From: Chromatiales bacterium
GTDB lineage: Bacteria; Pseudomonadota; Gammaproteobacteria; Steroidobacterales; BM003
Length of the DNA: 58,494 nt
Assembly: GCA_002868855.1 (NCBI GenBank)
Contig: PKUM01000212.1
Location: forward strand, 1-58,494
Direction of reading: 5' to 3'
Made by a program: the position numbers and the translations under genes. The notes below the pieces were generated by a model. It searched no databases, was not told the DNA's origin, and was given only the letters and a program-made list of their open reading frames with translations. Of this stretch, positions 52,790 through 58,494 are shown in pieces (the first letter of the stretch is position 1; every line of letters begins with the position of its first letter).

Positions 52790-52980
52790 GGGTGCGCTCC
52801 TGAAGTTGTACTGACAATTTGACGCTTGCGCCGTGGAAAAGGTTTGAAAACCAAATGGGCAGGACAGAAATGTCACATCCCGGATCGGTTGCGTCGTCGT
52901 AACTCGTAAGCGAATTTAATTATAAATTAATATAAAACAAGTAATTATTATTAATTATTAGGTATTTACTTTAAGTATTA

Positions 52981-53265
52981 TTAGCCTGGCAAGCCACCCG
53001 CCTCTTCGATTGCCTCGCGAAAGTGCGCAGCGATGAGATGGTGCGGCACCAGAAACGGCTTATCGGTAATCCGAATTTCCAGCACTTCCTTGTCGCTGTC
53101 CCAGGCGTACTCACCAGCGACGCCAAATGCGCTGAGCTGGCCATGCGCCGTGTCCTCAACCGAGACGCCGTGTGTGTGCAGCTTCTTTCGCAGCCGCGCG
53201 AACACGTCGGGCGTAATCCCCGCATACACCATTGCCTCGCTGGTTTCCCGCTTGTCGAAAAACAT
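52981..53265 (-). CDS. hypothetical small protein
   Basis: 94-aa ORF with ordinary composition and no recognisable motif. Confidence 0.45.
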   Translation of the reverse strand: MFFDKRETSEAMVYAGITPDVFARLRKKLHTHGVSVEDTAHGQLSAFGVAGEYAWDSDKEVLEIRITDKPFLVPHHLIAAHFREAIEEAGGLPG

Positions 53266-53388
53266 ATTTGCCTTCCGTTCAGAAAATCGTTGCCAAGCCG
53301 CAATCCGGGCCTCAGTCCCGTAGCGCAGTCCTGCCGAAAGTATAGACAGTCGTGCGCCGGCGGCAATGCGACCCGCTGCCGATGAGCC

Positions 53389-53808
53389 TCACCAGGTACC
53401 TGTGTTGGGCATGGATGACCAGGGTTCCTGGGGCGGCAGTGCGTCGCCGGCCTGGAGTAACTCAATCGATATGCCATCGGGCGACCTGACGAACGCCATG
53501 TGACCGTCTCGCGGCGGACGATTGATCGTCACGCCCGCGTCCATCAGCTTTTGGCACAGCGCGTAGATATCGTCGACACGATAAGCCAGGTGGCCAAAGT
53601 TTCGCCCCGAGTCGTATTCCTGCGGATCCCAGTTGTAAGTGAGCTCAACCTGAGCTTCTTTGTCCCCGGGTGCGGCGAGAAAAACAAGCGTAAACCGGCC
53701 CGCCTCGACATCCACCCGGCGTAACTCCTCGAGGCCGAGCTTGTTGCAGTAAAAATCGATCGACGCGTCGAGGTCCGAAACACGGACCATCGTATGTAGG
53801 TATTTCAT
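53389..53808 (-). CDS. gloA: lactoylglutathione lyase (glyoxalase I)
   Basis: 139-aa ORF. It begins MKYLHTMVRVSDLDASIDFYCNKLG, and later has ELTYNW and GHLAY. It is close to E. coli GloA. Confidence 0.9.
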   Translation of the reverse strand: MKYLHTMVRVSDLDASIDFYCNKLGLEELRRVDVEAGRFTLVFLAAPGDKEAQVELTYNWDPQEYDSGRNFGHLAYRVDDIYALCQKLMDAGVTINRPPRDGHMAFVRSPDGISIELLQAGDALPPQEPWSSMPNTGTW

Positions 53809-53835
53809 TGCATCTCTCCGCGACGCCTTCTCAAG

Positions 53836-54726
53836 TTATGCCGGGTTTGCGGCTTGCAAAGCGGCGATCCGCTCTTCGATCGGCGGGTGCGACAAAAACA
53901 GCCTTGATATCCCCCCGGCTGCGCGCCCGGAAATCCCCATCGCCTCGATTTCCTCTGGCAGATGAGCCTTGTCACCGCCGCCTCCGAGGCGCTGCAGCGC
54001 AGCGACCATGTTGTCGCGCCCTGCAAGGCTGGCACCGCCCGCGTCAGCGCGATATTCGCGCTGGCGCGAGAACCACATGACGATCGTTGTCGCCAGAATT
54101 CCCAACACCAATTGTGCAACCAACGCACTGATCCAGTAACCGGGACCAAGACCGCGTTCGGTACGGAACACGACCCGGTCGACAACAAAACCGATTACGC
54201 GGGACAAAAATATCACGAACGTGTTGACGACACCCTGAATCAGGGTGAGCGTCACCATGTCGCCGTTCGCAACGTGGGTAACTTCGTGAGCAAGTACGGC
54301 CTCGACCTCGTTCTGCCGCATACTCGTGAGCAGCCCGGTACTCACGGCAACCAGCGCGGCGTCGCGTCTCGCTCCGGTGGCAAAGGCGTTCGGTTGCGGC
54401 GAATCATAGATCGCGACATCCGGCATGCCAATGCCGGCTGCGCTGGCCTGACGCTGGACCGTCTCGACAAGCCACCGCTCGGCTTCGTTACCCGGGTTCT
54501 TGATGATCTTCGCCCCGGTGCTTCGCAATGCCATCCATTTGGATATGGCAAGGGAGATAAACGAGCCGGTAAATCCGATTACCGCGGAATAAACGAGCAA
54601 CGCAGTAAGATCGAGATTGACTCCCTGTTCGTCCAGAATGCTTTCGAGACCGAGCAGCCGCATAACGACGCTTAGAACCAACAGCACTGCAATATTTGTC
54701 CCAACGAACAAAAGCACTCTTTTCAT
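53836..54726 (-). CDS. htpX: membrane zinc protease HtpX
   Basis: The ATG at 54726 ([15 protein letters not shown]) gives 296 aa. It has the [11 protein letters not shown] zinc motif and a four-TM pattern. Confidence 0.9.
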   Translation of the reverse strand: MKRVLLFVGTNIAVLLVLSVVMRLLGLESILDEQGVNLDLTALLVYSAVIGFTGSFISLAISKWMALRSTGAKIIKNPGNEAERWLVETVQRQASAAGIGMPDVAIYDSPQPNAFATGARRDAALVAVSTGLLTSMRQNEVEAVLAHEVTHVANGDMVTLTLIQGVVNTFVIFLSRVIGFVVDRVVFRTERGLGPGYWISALVAQLVLGILATTIVMWFSRQREYRADAGGASLAGRDNMVAALQRLGGGGDKAHLPEEIEAMGISGRAAGGISRLFLSHPPIEERIAALQAANPA

Positions 54727-54754
54727 GGGGTCTCTCCGAAAGACGCAGATTGTG

Positions 54755-55303
54755 TCATAGGGCCGGATCAGCAATATTCAAGGCGCGGCTCACCATTCGC
54801 GCGAGGCCGGCCACATGTGAGTCGACGACCCCCATCCCGACAAGCGCCTGGTTGAGCCGCAATACGTAGTCGACATTCGTACCACTCGGTCCGACCGCGG
54901 TGCAAACCTGGCGCGCGATCTCGACAAGCGGTGCCGGACCGAGGTCTTCTGGATTCCCTGGTGGCGCGACGTAAAAAAGGGCGCGAATTCGCTGCTCGTC
55001 GGCGCAGAACACCCAGTCTTCGTAGCGCTCATAGCCTGCCTTCTCCCGGTGGTCGAGCTGTGCGAGCACTCGCTCTCCCGAGTCTCCTTGCAAACGATAC
55101 GCCACTCCCCAGCACACGCTTCCCGGCCTGCGTCTCAACGTCACCACCCGGCCGGGCGCCGCCGCGACACCGCGGTGATCGGGCGATGCCTGCCAGAACC
55201 GCCTGGCCCAGCCTCGCAGCTTCACCGCGCGCCGCTCCGCGAATGAAAACTCAGGCCGCCAGATCAGAGACCCGTAGCCAAAAATCCAACTCGCACTCGC
55301 CAT
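54755..55303 (-). CDS. chaC: glutathione-specific gamma-glutamylcyclotransferase (ChaC family)
   Basis: 182-aa ORF with [14 protein letters not shown] and [11 protein letters not shown], typical of ChaC. Confidence 0.85.
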   Translation of the reverse strand: MASASWIFGYGSLIWRPEFSFAERRAVKLRGWARRFWQASPDHRGVAAAPGRVVTLRRRPGSVCWGVAYRLQGDSGERVLAQLDHREKAGYERYEDWVFCADEQRIRALFYVAPPGNPEDLGPAPLVEIARQVCTAVGPSGTNVDYVLRLNQALVGMGVVDSHVAGLARMVSRALNIADPAL

Positions 55304-55391
55304 TCTGCTCCTCCGGGAGCGTTCAGCGCCGATTCAGGCGTGTCCCGTTTTAATCAATCCCAGCCACCAGATAAAGCAACGGGAGAAAACC

Positions 55392-56090
55392 ATGTACCGC
55401 GCAAATTCTGTTCGTTGGGCGCTGATAACAGGTGTGATGTTCGGATTGACCGCAATTGCGGATGCAGTTGCCGCAACCACAACACCGGATTCTGCGCCCG
55501 TCACAACAGCCAAATCGAGCCGGAGTCATTCTTATTCGGCTGCCGGGCACGATGCAATCGTGCTTTCCGAGGCAACGCAGAAAGCGACCGGCAACAAGTT
55601 GTTCGAAGTATTTATTTACGACGCTGACGTCCACCTGTTGTACGACGATGACAACGACGGGTTCTTTCATGGACTCGAAGTCAACTTCGACGCCGATACG
55701 ACTCAATTTGCAACAACGCTCTATGCCCGGCTCTATTTGCGCCGTCATGAAGATCCCTGGACGCTGTATTTCCAGACCCCGGTCTTCTCGGTTTTCGGTA
55801 CCTCACCGGATGATGACTACTTCGTGGTGACGGAGCTTCTGAGCGGCTACGACCGCGCTCAGTACGACCTGATGATAGAGCTCTACGAAGCGAACGAGCA
55901 CACGCTGGTTGCCGAATTCGGCCCGTGGGACAGCCCCGCTCTCAGCCAGCTGCCCCTCGAAGCCCAGCAGCATGACCGGTATGCAACGTCGGCCGACACG
56001 ATCAGTTACTCGGGCGGCGGCGGCGGTCTGGGTTTGCTGGGCCTTGCGGTGCTATTCTTGGCGCGTCTACGCCGCGTCCCTATTTACTGA
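55392..56090 (+). CDS. secreted protein with GlyGly-CTERM-like sorting tail
   Basis: 232-aa ORF with a signal peptide. It carries a DDDNDG acidic loop. The C-terminus SGGGGGLGLLGLAVLFLARLRR has a Gly run, a TM segment and basic residues. Confidence 0.6.
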   Translation: MYRANSVRWALITGVMFGLTAIADAVAATTTPDSAPVTTAKSSRSHSYSAAGHDAIVLSEATQKATGNKLFEVFIYDADVHLLYDDDNDGFFHGLEVNFDADTTQFATTLYARLYLRRHEDPWTLYFQTPVFSVFGTSPDDDYFVVTELLSGYDRAQYDLMIELYEANEHTLVAEFGPWDSPALSQLPLEAQQHDRYATSADTISYSGGGGGLGLLGLAVLFLARLRRVPIY

Positions 56091-56100
56091 GACCGTCACC

Positions 56101-56325
56101 ATGAGCAACAACAGCAATGACATCGCCGGACTGCATCGCGAATTTTCCCGCTTCGACAGCGACAACAATGGTCGAATCGAGTACGAGGAATTTATCGAGC
56201 TACTTGGATCGGTAGGACCTCGCCCGACGGAAGAGGAGGCTCAGCTCGCGTTTTCAGTCATCGACTCCGACAATACCGGATACGTCGAATTTGAAGAATT
56301 CGTGCACTGGTGGCTCGATCACTGA
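56101..56325 (+). CDS. two-EF-hand calcium-binding protein
   Basis: The ATG at 56101 gives 74 aa with two canonical 12-residue loops, DSDNNGRIEYEE and DSDNTGYVEFEE. Confidence 0.75.
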   Translation: MSNNSNDIAGLHREFSRFDSDNNGRIEYEEFIELLGSVGPRPTEEEAQLAFSVIDSDNTGYVEFEEFVHWWLDH

Positions 56326-57407
56326 TCGCCGTCTGCCGCAGCCAGCGGCTCGGGCTCCGGGCCGCCCGCTCGCGGCCACACTCTTAGTATCGCCTGGATT
56401 ACTGTTGCCAGCGGGATAGCGAAGAAGACACCCCAGAAACCCCAAAGGCCGCCGAAAAACAGGATTGCAACGATAATTGCGACGGGATGAAGGTCAACGG
56501 CCTCGCTAAACAACAATGGAGCGAGCAGATTCCCATCGAGTGCCTGAATAATCAGGTAGGCCGCAACAGCCCAGTAGAAATCCGGCGTCAGACCCCATTG
56601 AAACAAGGCCACCAATGCGACCGGCACCGTCACCAATGCCGCGCCGATGTATGGAATCAGAACCGATACCCCGGTCAGCGCAGCAAGCAGAAGCGCGTAC
56701 TGCAGATCCAGTAGGGAGAAGGTCGTGTAAGCGAACGATGCGACAATTATGATCTCCCAGAATTTGCCGCGAACGTAGTTGGCGATCTGAACATCCACCT
56801 CATGCCACACGGTACTGCTCAGATGCCTGTCCTCGGGCAAAAACCCACTGAACCAATCGACTATCCGTTGCTTGTCCTTGATCATGAAATAGACCATTAA
56901 CGGCACCAGAATGAAGTACACGACAACGGTGACGAGAGTAACCAGCGAAGAAACGGAATAAGACAGGAGGGTCTGACCTACTCCAAGAATCTCGTTTCTG
57001 ATTGCAGCAATGAAATCGCTAATCTGCTGTTCTGTGAAAACAGTGGGGTATTCGTTTGGCAGACGCAGTAGCAAATCCCGCGCACGCGACATCATGGATG
57101 GAATCTGTTGCACGAGTTGGGTGAGCTGTCCGACCAGCAGCGGCATCAGGCCGAATACCGCTAACGACACTGTCGCCACAAAGGTGACAAATACCAGGTG
57201 AACCGCCACGAAGTGCGGCAGACCAATGTTCTCCAGCCGATTCACCAGGCCCTGCAGAAGATATGCAATCACGGTCGCGGCAAGCACCGGCGCCAAACTG
57301 TCCCCTGCCAGGTAAAGCGTCAGTACGACCGCGGCCAGGATCAGGATCAGCACGACCAGTTGCGGATTCGAAAATTGTCGGCGCAGCCAATCGGTAATGA
57401 TGTTCAT
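56319..57407 (-). CDS. AI-2E family transporter (PerM/UPF0118)
   Basis: 362-aa polytopic ORF with a conserved C-terminal block LFFGGLWGFWGVFFAIPLA. Confidence 0.8.
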   Translation of the reverse strand: MNIITDWLRRQFSNPQLVVLILILAAVVLTLYLAGDSLAPVLAATVIAYLLQGLVNRLENIGLPHFVAVHLVFVTFVATVSLAVFGLMPLLVGQLTQLVQQIPSMMSRARDLLLRLPNEYPTVFTEQQISDFIAAIRNEILGVGQTLLSYSVSSLVTLVTVVVYFILVPLMVYFMIKDKQRIVDWFSGFLPEDRHLSSTVWHEVDVQIANYVRGKFWEIIIVASFAYTTFSLLDLQYALLLAALTGVSVLIPYIGAALVTVPVALVALFQWGLTPDFYWAVAAYLIIQALDGNLLAPLLFSEAVDLHPVAIIVAILFFGGLWGFWGVFFAIPLATVIQAILRVWPRAGGPEPEPLAAADGDQ

Positions 57408-57501
57408 CGGGGTCCGGTTCCGGGAGGCAATGGGCTCCGTTGAAGCGAGAGCATAGCATGCGCTTCTTGCCAGCCGGACGGCCCTAGTTTAGGTTCTCTC
57501 C

Positions 57502-57867
57502 GTGGACACAACCGGGAAGCGCATGGTGGCAGCCGAAGAAAGCGAAAAAGACGCACGACCGAAACGGGGCGCAGGCAGTCGGGTACGACGCGAGCTTGTG
57601 TTACTTGGCATCGCGCTTTTGCTTGGCCTGCTCGTCGTTCCGGCAATGATTCATTACGTCGGACTTCAGGTCTTCGGCCCCGGTGAGGACAGCGCATCGC
57701 TGGCGGCATTTCTCGGCCGCTATCTGTCGGGCCTCGGCGCCATGAACATGATTGTTTGGCTACTGGTACTCTCGCCCTACCTGCTTCTAATCTGGTTGCG
57801 ACTCGTCCGACTGCCGTTAAGAAAAAAGCCCAAAGATACCCCGACCGCGTCAGAAACGGTTCTGTGA
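57502..57867 (+). CDS. hypothetical membrane protein
   Basis: 121-aa ORF with a GTG start (alternative ATG at 57523). It has a basic N-terminus and two hydrophobic helices. Confidence 0.4.
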   Translation: MDTTGKRMVAAEESEKDARPKRGAGSRVRRELVLLGIALLLGLLVVPAMIHYVGLQVFGPGEDSASLAAFLGRYLSGLGAMNMIVWLLVLSPYLLLIWLRLVRLPLRKKPKDTPTASETVL

Positions 57868-57984
57868 AGCTGATCACAACACGGCACCGCAACGCCGACT
57901 ATTATGTCGATTGACGGAAACCACTCCCGTCAATCTTATGAGCCTGCCGTATCGAACCGGCCCGTTTTGGAGGTAGCACGCTAT

Positions 57985-58221
57985 ATGTGGCTGCTCGGAA
58001 AAAAATCCGCCGCGAAAAGGAAAGCAGCGAAAACAGCTGTCCCCTCGCCCGCCGATCGTGCGCTGCGCCATTCGCGCAAGGCCGAGGCTTCCAAGGTAAT
58101 GGATGCCCTGGAAAACCCGGAACTCAACATCGCGGCCGAGGAAGAGTCCGGTTTCGATCCGTATAACTCGGGCGTCTTCGACCGCAGCAAAATCTGGCAG
58201 GACAAAAGGACCCGCGACTAA
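57985..58221 (+). CDS. hypothetical small basic protein
   Basis: The ORF is open from 57904. The ATG at 57985 is preceded by GGAGG about 10 nt upstream. It has a Lys/Ala-rich N-terminus and a C-terminal GFDPYNSGVFDR. Confidence 0.45.
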   Translation: MWLLGKKSAAKRKAAKTAVPSPADRALRHSRKAEASKVMDALENPELNIAAEEESGFDPYNSGVFDRSKIWQDKRTRD

Positions 58222-58369
58222 CGGTTCTTTTAGTTTTTGTCGGAGCGAGACCGCACCGACCCCGCGGCGTTTCATGCCGCATGCCAATCAGTTTTATGTC
58301 GAATACCCGGCCGCCAATCTGTGATCCCGGTCACAGAGTTGCGACGGCGGCGGAACTCACAATGGCTCC

Positions 58370-58494
58370 ATGACTGCGCCGAACTCTGTTCCATTGCACC
58401 GGATTGTCCGAACTCTCGGCACCACCTTGTGTCTGTATGCGATTACCACGCTGTCTCCTTCCGTGGCGCTGGCCGATTCCGCGGACAACGATCC
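58370..58494 (+). CDS. 5' fragment of an exported protein (runs off the window)
   Basis: The ATG at 58370 gives MTAPNSVPLHRIVRTLGTTLCLYAITTLSPSVALA/DS, which looks like a signal peptide. The ORF is truncated by the window end. Confidence 0.3.
   Translation, partial: MTAPNSVPLHRIVRTLGTTLCLYAITTLSPSVALADSADND

Overview
Visibly GC-rich chromosomal window. The uvrC-pgsA-tRNA-Gly(GCC) arrangement suggests a gammaproteobacterial-type genome, which is an inference. I saw no rRNA, CRISPR array, IS or transposase, integrase or phage genes.

Layout:
(1) 0.2-8.2 kb: loosely packed accessory genes. These are a GNAT, two alpha/beta hydrolases, DUF805, an isochorismatase-family hydrolase, a beta-lactamase-fold serine hydrolase, MarR and hemolysin-III.
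(2) 8.3-12.9 kb: housekeeping genes tRNA-Gly, pgsA, uvrC, a uracil-DNA glycosylase and icd.
(3) 13.0-29.3 kb: a phenylacetate (paa) catabolon with paaZ, paaABCDE, paaJ, paaI, paaG and paaX. An aminotransferase, a fused E1alpha/beta + E2 2-oxoacid dehydrogenase and an Lrp regulator are embedded in it. No paaK, canonical paaF or paaH is recognisable in the window.
(4) 29.5-47.0 kb: the most interesting part, 14 co-directional, mostly overlapping or tightly spaced envelope genes. They are three tandem TPR + TonB-C-like paralogs, two lipoproteins, a TPR membrane protein, an FHA-like/TM/PEGA/FGE-sulfatase-domain protein, a small acidic secreted protein, a MotA/ExbB-like channel protein, a degenerate Hsp70/actin-fold protein, two paralogous proteins with an ExbD/TolR-like Asp-bearing TM helix fused to a coiled coil and a vWA domain, and two more lipoproteins. 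This combination matches none of the named systems I compared it with (Ton, Tol-Pal, Mot, Zorya, Bat/MoxR, T6SS-TPP, Agl-Glt). I read it as a candidate uncharacterised proton-motive-force-coupled trans-envelope machine.
(5) 47-58.5 kb: an M48 lipoprotein protease, a class-III aminotransferase, an overlapping Ser/Thr kinase + PP2C pair, a beta-helical DUF4097-like protein, gloA, htpX, chaC, a GlyGly-CTERM-like secreted protein, a two-EF-hand protein, an AI-2E transporter and small hypotheticals.

All functional calls rest on motif recognition by eye in the supplied translations. No database search was possible.
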